Source of the DNA: Klebsormidium nitens | Taxonomy: Eukaryota; Plantae; Klebsormidiophyceae | NCBI GenBank assembly: GCA_000708835.1 | Contig: DF237252.1 | Location: 43,162 to 107,161 of the forward strand | DNA: 64,000 nucleotides | Direction of reading: 5' to 3' | Shown here: one piece after another, positions 11,801 through 24,363 of the stretch | Layout of the letters: the number at the start of each line of letters is the position of its first letter | Position numbering within the stretch: the first letter of the stretch is position 1 | The notes under the pieces: generated by a model | Databases searched by the model: none | The model's input: only the letters and a program-made list of their open reading frames with translations | Told to the model about the DNA's origin: nothing | Translations under genes and position numbers: made by a program

Positions 11801-14800
11801 AGCGGCCAGCATTTCCGCCTGTAGGTCGTGGAAGCTGCCGGCGTTTGAATATAACTGACGCGAAATGCAGAGCCTGAAAAGAGGGGAAGAGGAAAAGAAA
11901 CGGTCAATCTAAGAACTGCAATACGGTATCCGACATGCTGGTCGCGTTCCTGAGAGCAGCCAGTGTTTCCCGCATGTAGGTCGACGAAGTTGCTGACGTC
12001 AGCTTTGTTATGGCCGAGGCGAGATGGAGAGCATGAAAAGTTGAGAAATGAGGAAGAGAGAGGGGCGGCCGCCTCATGACTGCAGTACGGACTCCAACAT
12101 GCCGATCATGTTCCCAAGAGCGGCCAGCGTCTTCCACCTGAGAACTGGGAAAGTTGCTGACGTCACGAACGTGATAGTCAAGCAAGTTATGTGCAGGAAG
12201 GAGGAAAGGAAGGGGCCCAGGGACTTGAAACAACAGTAGTGAGTCCACGGAGTCGAAAACAGGGGTACGGAACTTGTGGGTGGCGGGGCCCCAAGGGGCA
12301 GTCACTGTCTGCATAATGGATTTTCGCCTCTTATTCCACCATCTCATGCTTTTCGAAGAAAGACGACTGCCAGAAGGCCATTACGAAGCACGAGCCAAAT
12401 AATGCGGTGGAGAAGGTCCTCATGCCTGTGTAACATTGCAGCTCATTCAACTTTATGTCGGAGGCTAAAATGCGCCATAGCCTGCGATTGACCAGAAAGA
12501 TCATGTGGGAGCTTTGGATGAAATGACCCATGCATCGCCGTAAAGGTATACCTCAAGGGCTGAAGCAATTTGCTTACCGCTCCATTTGTTGCCTCCAAAG
12601 CAGCTGGTACTTTTCCGAGATGCTGGCGCCTCCCTTCACAAGCTCGTCCACCTCTAGTTGCCGCTTTGTCTCCGAGCGCTCCCGCTGCATCTGGATCAGC
12701 GTCCCCCTGAAGTCCTGAGGCATGAATGATGCAACTGCAAGAGTTACACGGCTGGGTGTGAGCAACTGACGTAAGTAATATAAACGGAACGCCCAAGGAA
12801 ACGTAATGAGGCACGAAAGCGGCCCCTATCAAACTGCTGCTTTCAGACGGAAAAATCTGAAAGGCAGACTTCATTTCCCTCTAATTTGGCAACATTATCC
12901 CTCTTGCCAAAGGCAAAACTCATGTTGAATGTGTCCAACGGTTGCCTTGAAATCTCGAAACAAGGCACACAGTACACAAACAATTGCAGATGACGCTCTT
13001 CCACAGTGCCTAAAAGAGAAATCAGGACGTCCTTTACAAGCACTTCTGAGGCACTGAGCCCTTTTGCGACAGGCCCTGCCAACTCTCAGCACAAGTGGTG
13101 AACAAAGACAGAAGAGGTGTCTTTCTTTGACCAACTCTTTGGTTACAGATTCTCACCCATCTTTGCAACTTTGTCAGCGGTATTCTTTTGGAACTGAGAG
13201 ATGACGCCAAGGATGTCTTCAAGCTCTGCAACGACCTTCTCCACGGCTTCTTTCCCTGACTTGGTGGCTGGCGTGTCTGCTTTGTCCAACTGCAATCAAA
13301 GGTTTCATCATCACCATCAGTAGACATATTCGTCATACATCATAAACTGCATTCAGGGACTGAACCTCTGCTCAGGGAGCAACCTCTAAATCAACTTGTA
13401 AGGAGCAGATAAGGGGAACAAGATGAGGAAGGTCACAGGATACAGATTTTTAACTTCGGTAGGAGGAGTGGCAGGTGAAATATCCCAAAGCATAATCGAA
13501 ACAGCACCACTACAAGAATAAAGGGGCGACTCCAGAATCAACAGGAGGTTACAAAGAATGTTTGACTCACCGCAGCGGGCTTCTTGTTTTTCAAAAGGTC
13601 AAGCGCCTCCTCAATCTGCTCGCGGTGCCGCCAGAGGTTCTCATCGATCTTGTGCGGAACGGTGATGGTCAACGAGGATGCCAGAGACATGTCATCTGCG
13701 GTCAAGGATGAGCACTGGAACTTAATGTCTGCCTAAAATGAGCATCGCGTCTTCTGTCAACAGAATAAACCTCTCCGACGCCGACTCCTGCTGCAGGCTC
13801 TCAAGAGGTAGGCAACCCAAATCGAGCAGCTGGACCAGGCTCCTTGACTGCCAGGCAAAGTCAAGGAAGCGAACAAAGCTCTAAAACCCATACACATTTT
13901 GAGATAGGCATCATAGTATCAACAGCTGTCAGAATTGAATTGGATTCTCCAGAACACAGATTGTGATGTTCACCACCCCAGGTCTCCATTGCTCCTTATA
14001 CTGACCAGATCATGGGCCTTGCGTCCAGAAGTCAAGCTGGAACCAAAGACGGATGACCAGCACCCGGAGTAATCACTGCATGTTTTCCGGGTGGCCTGGA
14101 GAAACACCCCGCCCATGTCTCAAACACATTTTCAAACATGCCCAAACTACTGATGAGCAGGAGTCTGAATCATCTCAAGCGCTTTAGTTTTGCATATACA
14201 AGTCAACAAGTTTGCTACTCCAGGAAAATATATCAAAAAACAGGAGAGGCTCATCCTGGAGGCTCCAGACTTCACCCGTCCGACTGGAACAGACTCGGTG
14301 ATCACAAGGTTGCCAATGAGGTATCCTGGTACCGACTTCTGTTAGATCTTCTGGATAGATCTTCTAGACCCAAAACTCTCAAAAATTGTGCATGCAAATT
14401 TGTTTCCAGCTCTTTCTTAACATTGACAGTTCCTTTCTAATCAATTGTGGCGCTCAATGCTGACAAACGCTGTCTCAATACCCAATTCGATGAGATTAAG
14501 ATTACACTCTCATACTTGCAGGGGCAACAAAGCTTTTGACAACCACAGACAAACAAGGGCTAGGCCCCTGGCTTTCCTGCTCAGCGGTTTCTTAACCCGG
14601 GCATTGCCTTGCGCCGAGGACTCCATGATTCACATCCTTGCTTACCTGCACCCTGCTTTCTCCATTCAACCTCAAGTTCGTCTACCAAACCCTGAAGCCT
14701 CGCCTGCACCTTTTTAACATCCTCACTGATCGGCTCAAAGGGGTGCTGATCGTAAAACTTGCTCAGGAACGCCCTGGTTATTGGAACAAGGTTTGCAGTT

Positions 14801-14811
14801 GGTGCCGCCAT
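8884..14811 (-). CDS. GOLD-domain protein, At5g01010-like, multi-exon
   Basis: Exon 14646-14811 MAAPTANLVPITRAFLSKFYDQHPFEPISEDV; ~13570-13690 VPHKIDENLWRHREQIEE; 13157-13290; ~12580-12715 MPQDFRGTLIQMQRERSE; ~11430-11680; ~10795-10960; ~9260-9300; last exon LPYTRYESHQGHFFSLGAGSYTLKWDNSYS..VKYKTEVVPP (GOLD C-terminus), stop at 8884. Matches recalled At5g01010 motifs (PITRAFL, PHKIDENMW, MPQDFRGTL, YKLVWDNSYS). Confidence 0.88.
11640..12170 (-). repeat. Intronic tandem array: real acceptor/exon start plus three degenerate copies (138-164 nt period)
   Basis: catgcccgtcgcgttcccgagagcggccagcgtcttccgcctg (real, CAG at 11681-83) recurs ending at 11821, 11976 (AG lost) and 12140. Three of the four units carry gctgacgtca. 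Confidence 0.9.
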
Positions 14812-15081
14812 CACATGCAAGAATGGTGCAGACACAAAACCCCGTTTCTTCCAGGGAATGCTGCAAGATCCTATGGCCGCCCTCCGCCCCGCAAATTGCT
14901 TCTTCACTTCTCCACAAGAATGCCAAAGCTCTATATTAGACTCGTCCGAGAGACAGCGCCTTCACGCTGATTGTAAATCAGCAACAGCAATGCAAAGCGA
15001 GAGATCTGATGCGCCTTCGGTGTCACATATGCTGGCCCTTTGCGCATATTCAGCCCGGAAATTTTGCCCCGGAAAAGTGGC

Positions 15082-15090
15082 AAACCCTAA
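15082..15090 (+). promoter_or_regulatory. Telo-box (AAACCCTAA) in the ~840 nt divergent promoter between the GOLD and F-box genes
   Basis: Exact AAACCCTAA between head-to-head ATGs at 14811 (-) and 15654 (+). Function inferred from plant telo-box biology. Confidence 0.35.
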
Positions 15091-15653
15091 AACTGAGCGC
15101 ACTCGAAGTTGCGTTAGGCAAATTCTGGTTGCGGTGGGGAAAGCCACCGTGCTTGTCCCCTGGGCAAAGGTTGGCAGTGGGTCGCGCCTCTCCATGCGGG
15201 AAGAAAGTGACCGGTAGGCTCAAAAAGGAGCGTTTTCGCAGTTTACCCCTCTGTCCGGGAAGAAGCACAAAGCGCAGCAGAGGAGTGTGACGCGGATCAG
15301 GAAGTCAGGGCTGCAACAACGATTGAAAGATTGCAGGGAGAGCCTCCAACCTGGGCCCTGAAAACTAGACTCTAGAGTTGTCCTTGACAAGGGGGAAGCC
15401 TTTTCGGCGGGTGGTTGATACTGCGCAAACCTGCTTTGGTCAGGACGATGCGGGGTGCATGAGAAGAGAAAAGTTGGTTTTTCTGAACGGGAGCAGTCAG
15501 CGCGGCGCTTTATTCTCGTGCAAGCAGAGTTTACAAACAGTCACAGGCAGTGTGGGCTCTTAGCGCCCTTACTGTCCCTGGTCGCAGGAAATACTTTTTT
15601 TTCAGGATATAGTCGCATCTTCAGAAGTTCTTCCCAGGACAAAGGCAGAAAAA

Positions 15654-18600
15654 ATGGATCCAATGGAGGTGGAGCAAAGTACGGAGGCTGTGGATCAGGT
15701 GGCAAGCATTCCAGACGACGTCGTAATCCGCATCCTGTCCTCACTCAAGGTAGGGCTGTCCCCAACCATTTGTTTTTGCCGCTCTTCCACTGAAGCAAAG
15801 GGTTTTTTAGCAAGCGCTAGTTCAATTGTTATGTACCTTCAAAACACTCCTGCGAGGTCAGATTGCAATAATGCATGTGGTGCTTCAGATCGGTGGACCA
15901 GAATTCTTTCAGCTTGAGCGCACCCCTTGTGCTTAGGCATGTCTTTTCAGTTGTCGTCCTATCAGGGTTCTTGCGTACTTAGCTAAGGCAGGTTGGCCTT
16001 TGCCTCTTGGTCTTTTGTGGAACTTGCACAACCTGCAGTGGACAATTTGGACAACACTGGGTCAGCGTTCGGAGACGTTCATTGTCAAGTTCCACGAGAA
16101 TCTCAGTCTGTGGAGGTTTGTGGATATGAGAGAAGGAAGTTTTGTGCTCAGTGAAGGCTAGATTAGCCTCAAAGCCTAAGCATATCCATGCGCTTCAGAG
16201 TACGGAGTTCACAAAGTACTCTAGTCAACCCTAAGAGGGGTCCGTGTCTCTCAGCTCTTTGCTGTTCAATACCCAGAAATGGAGACTCATCTGATTAGCA
16301 CAGATTGGGCTTATCAGAGAAGCAAGGACGGATCAACGTGAGGCAGTTTTGGCCCTATAGTCGACTTTGAACAAAAGGATCTGCTTCACTTGAGCTGCTC
16401 AATAAGATTGAAGTAGCAATGACATCTTTGACTGCCGTGGTCGTACATTCCGTTGGATCGGCGGACACGATTTTGGTTTACTTTTTGAACGGCAGTGCGC
16501 ATGGTTGGTGCCTCTCTTTGAGTGTTGCAGTGACTGAAATCAGCTCAACTTGGATCAGTGAAGGGAATCCATTCTAAATGGGCCACACACAACAAGCGTC
16601 CTCCGAAAACATACTGAGCTGATGTCTGCCGTGATCACAGTACCTCGCTCAAGCTTCTGGTTAGTTACGTCGAATCCTGCTGTAAAATGTCATTGTGCAA
16701 CCCTTTTGGTATGTTCAAGTCACCCAATTTCCTAAAGAAAGACGTTGCCTTTTGTTCCTTGCAGGACGCGCGCCTAGTTGCCAAGTGCTCGCTGGTCAGC
16801 AAGCGGTGGCAGCAGATGTGCGCGCGCGTGCAGACGCTCCACTTCTACAGCGGCCTCTTCAAGGGGCACAACGACTATGAGGAGATTGTTGGGAAGATGG
16901 TCCTCAAGACCTGCGAGCTGCGGAGCCTGCAGGTGGGTGTGCTTTGACGTCTCGCTCTCTAGCTCCGCTTATGGGCACCATTATTGCTGAAGGAGATTGG
17001 GGATGGCAACTTGCAGAGAGAATGGCAGTGGCAGGGTGAAGACGGGATTCTGCTCGAAGTACTCTTGGACCTTGAGATTGGTCTGAACTCGGACGTCCTT
17101 TTTTTCTTCGTTGATATGGTAGTTCTTCATGATAGTGTTTAATTGTGTCCTGTTGTACTCACCATCCTCGATCTCCTTGAAACCATTGGCAAGAGGACGT
17201 CGGATTCTATGGGGATTCTGCTCTGCCAGGCCTAAGTAGCGTCGGCCTGTGGCAAAGATTACGCCAGGCTTGTTCATGGTCTGTGAGCATCTGATGTTAG
17301 TCAGTTGGGGGCACATTCCTTTTTTTCGAATTAAGTCTCACATTTTGGAATTTGACCTTCTGGAGCTCACAAGAAAGCTCACCCTTCCTCAAGTCCTCCG
17401 TTGAAACAAGCTTCAGCTCTCCCAGTCCTCCCGTAGCTGTCGTACTCAAGGCACCCTTAATTCAAGGCCAGATTCTCGGCGAACAGCACTTCAGGGCTCT
17501 TGTTTCTATTTATCACGGCACCTTAGGTCACCCGTATGTAAGTATTGCCGTATGAGACCCGCCACGTTTGTGGCCGACAGCAAGCCAAACTCCTTTGATG
17601 TTCGTTAGCAAGCCTCAGCCTAAGCTATGACGAACATCTAGTCGGAAAGAGCCCCACGTTCCATAAGAGCCCGACATTTAAAACAACTTTGAAGCCTTGA
17701 GACCAGTTTCCCCCAACAACCCGCGTTGCACTAAGATTCCCGCACAGATGCCAGTGATCCCCATCATGACTCGCTCTAGTGAGAGCTTCTTCATGCGCAT
17801 TTTTGTTAAGTATCTTCTGCGGAAAGACCTGACGTCCTGCAAAAGCTGACGTTCTAAGAAAACCACAATGGGGGGAACAAGCTTGACGCCTTTGCAACGC
17901 TCGTTCCCAACAGGTCGCATTGCGCCAGGACTGTTGCACAGAGTTTGTCCCTTATTCTCTTGACTCTTCCTATCTGATCATAACTTTTGGTGGAGACGTG
18001 TTTCATATGCACCTACTCTAGGTGCATATGAATCACAAGATTTGCTGGACGATTGCAATCAGCTGTTATTCGGGAGAACCCTGACGGTAACCCCAAGCTT
18101 TCAGAGACAGCCTAACGTTCGAGAGAGTAGCCTTGACACCTCGCACATAATTCCCGCAGGTCGCGTTGCACCAGGACCGCCACACGATGGCCGACGGCAA
18201 CCGGCCGCGCGGCATCAGCGACGGGGAGCTTTTCAGATGGCTGGACCACACGGCCCCCCACCTCGAAAACTTCTACATCTCCGATCTCGGCGACGGACTC
18301 CCCGAAGCGAAGCTCTGGACGGGGCGCTTCGCGCGCCTCGCGACGTGCACCATGCTCAAAACCCTCGTTTTGAGCAACTCCGAGATTACGCACGCGCCCG
18401 GGTTCGATGCTCCCCCCCTCAGCCGGCTGAAGTCGCTGACCCTGTATGGGGTCGTGTGCGGGGCCGACTCGGCGGAACGGGTGCTCGGGTTATGTCCCCG
18501 GTTGGAGAAGTTACTGATAACGGGGTGTCTGGGCGTGACGAGTTTGAGGATCTCCAACCCGCACTTGACGACGTTCGCGCTGAAAGAGCCCCCGACGCCG

Positions 18601-20715
18601 GTTAGCAGCATAACCCTGCGGACGCCGGCGCTAACCAGGTTGAGCTTGGAGCAGGTCGCGGGGGTGAGCCTCGAGGCGGGGCGCGCACTGACCAAGCTGC
18701 ACCTGCGCTCGGACCACTCCATCGTGCTCAACTTGCAGAACACCGGGAATCTGCAGGTGGGTTGAAGCGGGCCTGGAAATCTTTCTTGGTGTTATGTGTA
18801 TTGTGGCTTTGAGCTGAAGGTCCTGAAAATTGTGGCAAGGGCTGTGACTGGGACAGCATTCAGCAGTTGCTCTATGCTAACCCCAGGGTTAAGAACCTGA
18901 TTATAACCGCAATCACACCTTTACACCTTAACATTTTCAGCCCAGTTATGCTCGATTCTGACGTGAGATTAACCCGGTTCTTGACCTCTTTTCCAGGACC
19001 TCAAAATCGTGGGCAAGGGTTGGGACTGGGACAGCATCCAGCAGCTGCTGTACGCTAACCCCAAGGTTAAGAACGTCGCCTTCTACATCAAGTGCCGGGA
19101 CCAGATCCACGCCAACGGAGTCCCCGTTGAGCCCGTCCGGCTCGACCGCTTCTTCTACACGCTGCAGGTGCGGGGCCTTGCTTTGCTTGTGTTTATGAGG
19201 CTCTTCCTTCTTCTCTTCTTCGTGGTATGGATCAGGGGCTGGCTTATGGCTGCTATCAGTTTAGCCATATGCTATGGTCGGTTGTTTAGCTGGCACGTTG
19301 GCTGTTCGCGCGGGTACCGCATTCCCTTCCTGAAGTCATGTCTTTTGCTGAACGGGCTGGATGTTCTCTTGGGCGTAGCCCGCTGCCTTCGGATGCTGCG
19401 CGTTTCGTATTGATCCATCTTTCTTGCACGATGCCCACAATACAGGTACCGGTGTACGTCCGTCATGCCTCTTCTCTCCGTCCTTCTCCTTTCCTTCCCA
19501 ACATCGTGATGGATCAGCATTCTTGGGGGCAAGATTGCCAGTGCTATCTCCTTTCCTTAGGAGGTCCGGAAGAAAACTTCCTGTCCTCCTGCGGAAGGAC
19601 CGCATCCTGGGATGCTGCTATGTTACTTTCCTTTATCTTTTGTTCTCCTCTTTTTCAACATTCCGGTCTTGAATGGTAGAACAAGACGCAAAATATGCTC
19701 GTCTGCTCGCGAAGACCTGACTGGGGCGGATTTGGGTCGTTTGTTTCCTTGCCTCTCAAGGGTCTGGTGACTTGGCCTTTTGTGTGGACCCAAATCATTT
19801 CATCTTCGTTCCGCAGGAGGTGCGCAAGATGGAGATCGGCGCGGAGCTGATGTGGGTGCTGTCGGCGGGGCGGCTAGACGCGGCCACGATCGCGGAGGCG
19901 AACCCGGTGTGGATGCCCAAGGTGCAGGAGATCAAGCTGGGGGCCGTCAAGGCCAAGGCAGTCTACATTGACGTCCTCGCCGCGCTGCTCAAGTGAGACT
20001 TTGCTCTATCTCGTAGATGATTTTGATTGACATCTCACTTTTGTCCCATTGTTGCTCCAAGCAGTTTCAGAACCTTTTCTCCTCCCCGGAAATTGTGGTC
20101 ATCATTTTTCCGCCAGGTTCTTGCAGGTTGGCCACCTCTGTATCTGTTTCATCCCACTCTTTCAACCAGGACCCACGATTGGGCTCTCCTGACATTCATT
20201 TTATCCCCCTCCCCGCAATCTCTCCCGTTCAACCGGTCCTCCAACCGGGCCACTCCCGGCGCTCACTCCTTTCCTCTTCGTGCAGCCAGTCCCCTTCCCA
20301 CCAGAATGGAGAACTGGCCAACCTTGAACCTGATTTTGCCCTGCTTAATAAAGTGTCCTTCGACCGGCCATTTCTGACACCTATTCTCCCGCCCTCCTTT
20401 GCAGCCAGTTCCCCTTTTAAAATGAAATTGAGAACCGGCCACCCCTGACCCTCGTTTTGTCCCGCCCTGCTTCCATTTCTTTTCCGGTCACTCCAACCGG
20501 GCACTCCTGGCACTCATTTTCTCCCCCCCCCTCCCCGCAGCCGGTGCCCCGAGCTGAAGCGCGTGGTGGTGGACACGAGCCAGCTGAAGAAGAGCAGCTG
20601 GAATTGCTCCACCTTCTTCTCCGACGTCCTGCGGCTGCAGCGCGCGCACCCCGCCACCGACATCAAGATCAACATGCCCGACCTGTTTGTGCCCCCCAAG
20701 GGCCGAGAACAGTGA
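15654..20715 (+). CDS. F-box/LRR protein (At1g10780/At1g67190-like), 6 exons
   Basis: Exons 15654-15749 (IPDDVVIRILSSLK), 16765-16932 (DARLVAKCSLVSKRWQQMC, F-box), 18160-18756 (LRRs: LCPRLEKLLITGCLGV), 18997-19167 (GKGWDWDSIQQLL), 19817-19992, 20541-20715 (RCPELKRVVV..TGA). All GT-AG and phase-compatible. Confidence 0.9.
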
Positions 20716-20873
20716 GCGCGCCTGGGGCGGAGAGGCGTGTCGGTTGGTAACAGTGAAACGCGCACCGGGCAGGAAGGTGTGTCGGTCGATAATAGTGATC
20801 GCGACCCGGGCATTTAGGCGTGTCGGCCAAGGACAGTGAGTGCGCACCCAGGCAGGAAGGCGCGTGAGTTGGT
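20708..20873 (+). repeat. Minisatellite, 4 copies of 41-42 nt, first unit includes the F-box stop codon
   Basis: Units start aacagtga (20708), aacagtga (20749), aatagtga (20791), gacagtga (20832), each followed by cgcg/cgca..ggc..agg.gtgt/gcgt. Confidence 0.8.
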
Positions 20874-22225
20874 GCAATCGGTGAGTCGGTGTAGGCGCCC
20901 CGCTAGGACGCGAGTCTGGGGGGAGGAACGGGAGTGGGGCACATTTGGGGAGTAGTTTCCCCTAAATGGAGTGGACTTGGAGGTTTAGAGGGTCGGTGAC
21001 TGGCTGGTTGAGCGACTCCGCATTGCGCTGCGAATGAGTGGCGACTAGGGGAGGGTTGCTGGTGAGATTAGGTGGGTGGAGGGTTCGGGTGGGCGGTCGA
21101 ACGAGCTTCGGGATGGGGGGGCGGTAGGTTCAGGTGAATAGCGCCAAGAACGCTGTTGGGGCCAGCCGGGACCGTAGAGGTCTCTTAGCGGGCGAGACTG
21201 CTCCCAAACGCTGAGGAACTCAGCCTGCAGAGAGAAGCCAAGTCGGGAAAGGAGCGCTTTGCTCCTCAGCAAAGACGGTAGGGATTCAGTTGGTTGCTTC
21301 GTGGCGCCGTCTGGCTTGTGAGGACGGGAGCAGCGCACGTCTGAGAGGTTGACAGCTAGTCATCCTGACATCGTGACGTGCACGAGACAGACTGTAGATA
21401 GGGCAGGGACGTCAGGATAGGGAGGGTTAGCAAGGTACTGAGGCTCTGCCTCTCAAGGATTGAATGGGCTGCTTTTACTTAAGTTAGAGAATATGAGTAG
21501 GTGTAGGACTTGGTCTCCATACGACTGCACGAGCTGTGGGCCCGAGACTGCTGCATTATGCGGACCATATAACGAAGTAACTAGTACACATGACCGCCAA
21601 TGCGTATCGTAATTGGGATCCAAGCTAGGACTGCGCATTTGTGTTGTGCTTTCAAGTCTCTGTTGGTGAGAGCGTGAGAAGTGCACGCATTTGCATGCAT
21701 GAGATGATATGCATGCCCTCACGGCACATGTTCCGCATCATTGTTGTTTTTCATATCTAGCTGTGATATAGAGTACAGCATGGCCGGCGGGGCCCGTGCG
21801 GCCAAATCATTTGCTTCCAAGCTTCGCAGATTCGCCATTGCACGGCTGAGTCCGGAACCTGTGACGTTATATATATTAATTGAACTCCGGTCGAAGATGA
21901 TAGAACTAAATGCAAGAGTTCGAGACAGCTAGGAGGGCCCGTACTTCCGGCCATCCAGCACTCGATCGCGAGGCAGCAATACCCCATGCAATTGCACATT
22001 GCTGCACACTCCGACAAGCTGCAATGCATATATATGCATGCGCGCAAAACTTGCTTTTCTGGCAGATTCTGCCAGAATGATGTATACCATTGCAACCGCG
22101 GTCTAAATCGCCCGTGGCTGGACGATGTATACAAATCAAACGTCAGTCTCTGCGTACATGTCGGATCGGAATCCCGAGAGGTTGAGAATTCTGACATTGC
22201 AAGGCCTGTCATTGTAACAACTTGG

Positions 22226-22423
22226 NNNNNNNNNNNNNNNNNNNNNNNNNNNNNNNNNNNNNNNNNNNNNNNNNNNNNNNNNNNNNNNNNNNNNNNNNNN
22301 NNNNNNNNNNNNNNNNNNNNNNNNNNNNNNNNNNNNNNNNNNNNNNNNNNNNNNNNNNNNNNNNNNNNNNNNNNNNNNNNNNNNNNNNNNNNNNNNNNNN
22401 NNNNNNNNNNNNNNNNNNNNNNN
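22226..22423. other. Assembly gap (198 N)
   Basis: Run of n from 22226 to 22423. Confidence 1.
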
Positions 22424-22764
22424 TGCCAGCACAGGCCACATGTCAAGCCGGGTGGCCACGATACCACAGCCGGAACGTCCTAGAGCAAAAGCTGACGTGA
22501 TTCGGGAATGGTGGAAGGAAATCGGATGTGAGCAACATGACCCGAGATGGAACATGACCGCAAATTTGTCGGAACCGCTTTGATTGGACGGTACCACCTC
22601 ATGGGGCGAGCAATCCAGATACATGTCGCGCGCGGCATATGTACGGGCAAGCGTAAAATGAAGGAGACGTTCGTCGCAAGGAAGGCTGATCGTCGGACTA
22701 CGTTTAAGCAAAACAACCTCGCTGATAGCGGAAGGTTTCACAATCTCCCTAGCGAGTGCCCTGT

Positions 22765-24363
22765 TCATCCGCTGCCGCATCTCGCCTCAGAGTCGGTGAA
22801 GACGAAATCCTCGACCATGGACCCCATTCTCAGGAGGACGAAGACCGAGAGACTACTAGAAAGCTGGTAAAGGAGCCAAAGCGGCCCAAAAGACCTCCAA
22901 AAGAGGATGAAGAAGCAGACCATGATGACGTCAGTGATCAAGCACCAAGCGATAGTATCCAACTTGAACTTCAGTGGCCCTGTTTGTAGATGTGCTCCCA
23001 GCGCATTCCCTCCATGATAGGGGAAAGCGAATCTCGTCATTGACGGAACGAGCGGCCGGACGGCGGCGCGGATCAGCTTCGTGACACCGCAGATGAAGAA
23101 GAGAGCGGCAAAAAGGGGAAGCTCGATAGCCTGCAAGGGACGATTCAATCTCCTCTGCTGTTTCGAAGCGGAAAACATTGGAGTCAGGACGGAAGAGGAC
23201 GTCCGATTTGACAGTGTACATGCAATCTTCTAGCCATTTGTTTATCATCCGCTTTTGACGCTTTTCAATTGGCAACTCCCGAAGCGCTCCACTCCTAGTT
23301 GAGTCCGCTGTAAATTTGTGGGTTCTCGTTTCACTCTGTGTGGGCTGTAATTTCTCATGCGCATTACTTCTACGGAGAGCCGCGACTTTCTGGAAGCGCT
23401 TACCGCAAGAAGGAGATTGAGGGCGTTCCGCAGCAATGGCTCCTCGAGAAGCTGTAGAAGTAGGGAAACGTGATTAGCCATCTGTACACACTGTCGAAAG
23501 TCGTCAGAGCACTGGTTCTGACGAGCAGCTTTGAGCACATGGTACACTCAAGCAGCCCAAGTCCTTAGCAGACCGCTTAAATCAGGACAAGTCGTGAGGG
23601 GTAGAACTCACTGCGCGCAAGATCGGGCGACAGTGGCCATAAAAGAGCCTTTTCTATTCCGTGAGCAAATGGATTCGCTCTCGTGCAACCTCTGAAAGCT
23701 TCCACTTGCGCTTGAGCACCCTTTTGACTCTGCAGCGGGAAACGTTTGAGAGTGGCCCTACGTGAACTGCATTCCAATCAGTCTACATACCTGACGGGAT
23801 AAGAACACCGACTTACCTCGTCGAGAATTCCTGAAAGGAACTGAACGTACGGGGGCGCAATAAGGGAGAGACTGGCCCCGACAATGCTCGTCAGAAGCTG
23901 CAGGGGCGACACGAGAACGGATATGACGTTCAAGATTGGAACACTTGCATCTAGTAGCATGGATTTAATTAGCTTGAGTTGCTCACTACTTTATCATTTG
24001 ACGACCAAAGTGGTCGTTACAGAGTTGATAGCATGTTCAAGAGGCACTTTTTACTTCCTTCGAAAGGAATTGTCACTCAAGAAATAAGCTTGTGCGTTTT
24101 GGAACGATTATAAAAGCGAAACGATCGTGGACACAGATGTATTTGCATCTGAGGTTCTCTGTCAACTACTTCCCCTTTATTCTGGCCGTCTTCATGTTGA
24201 ACGGACTTGATCAGCGTCCAGGACTTAAAGAATCGAAGTTAGATGCTCACGGAGAGGAGCAGCGCGCGCAGATGCCCACCGGCACATAGAGAGCGATTTT
24301 TCCCAGCAGTCCATATGAGAAGAAGAAGTCCCGGATGGCAAATGGAATCTGAGCCAGCTCCAT
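22765..24363 (-). CDS. Uncharacterised small multi-pass membrane protein, tandem paralogue 1
   Basis: Exon 1 MELAQIPFAIRDFFFSYGLLGKIALYV from 24363; exon 23817-23897 LLTSIVGASLSLIAPPYVQFLSGILDE|gtaagt; last exon 22765-23130 AIELPLFAALFFICGVTKLIRAAVRPLVP..KFKLDTIAW..RMGSMVEDFVF. Exon 1 to exon 2 phase not resolved. Confidence 0.55.

Noticed and set aside
18273-18743. 156-aa minus-strand ORF (and similar antisense ORFs at 33367-33843, 34415-35017, 48297-48683)
   Set aside because: Shadows of GC3-rich exons of the F-box, sHSP and NAP1 genes on the other strand.
21757-22780. Long ORFs containing X runs
   Set aside because: Artefacts of translating across the N gap.
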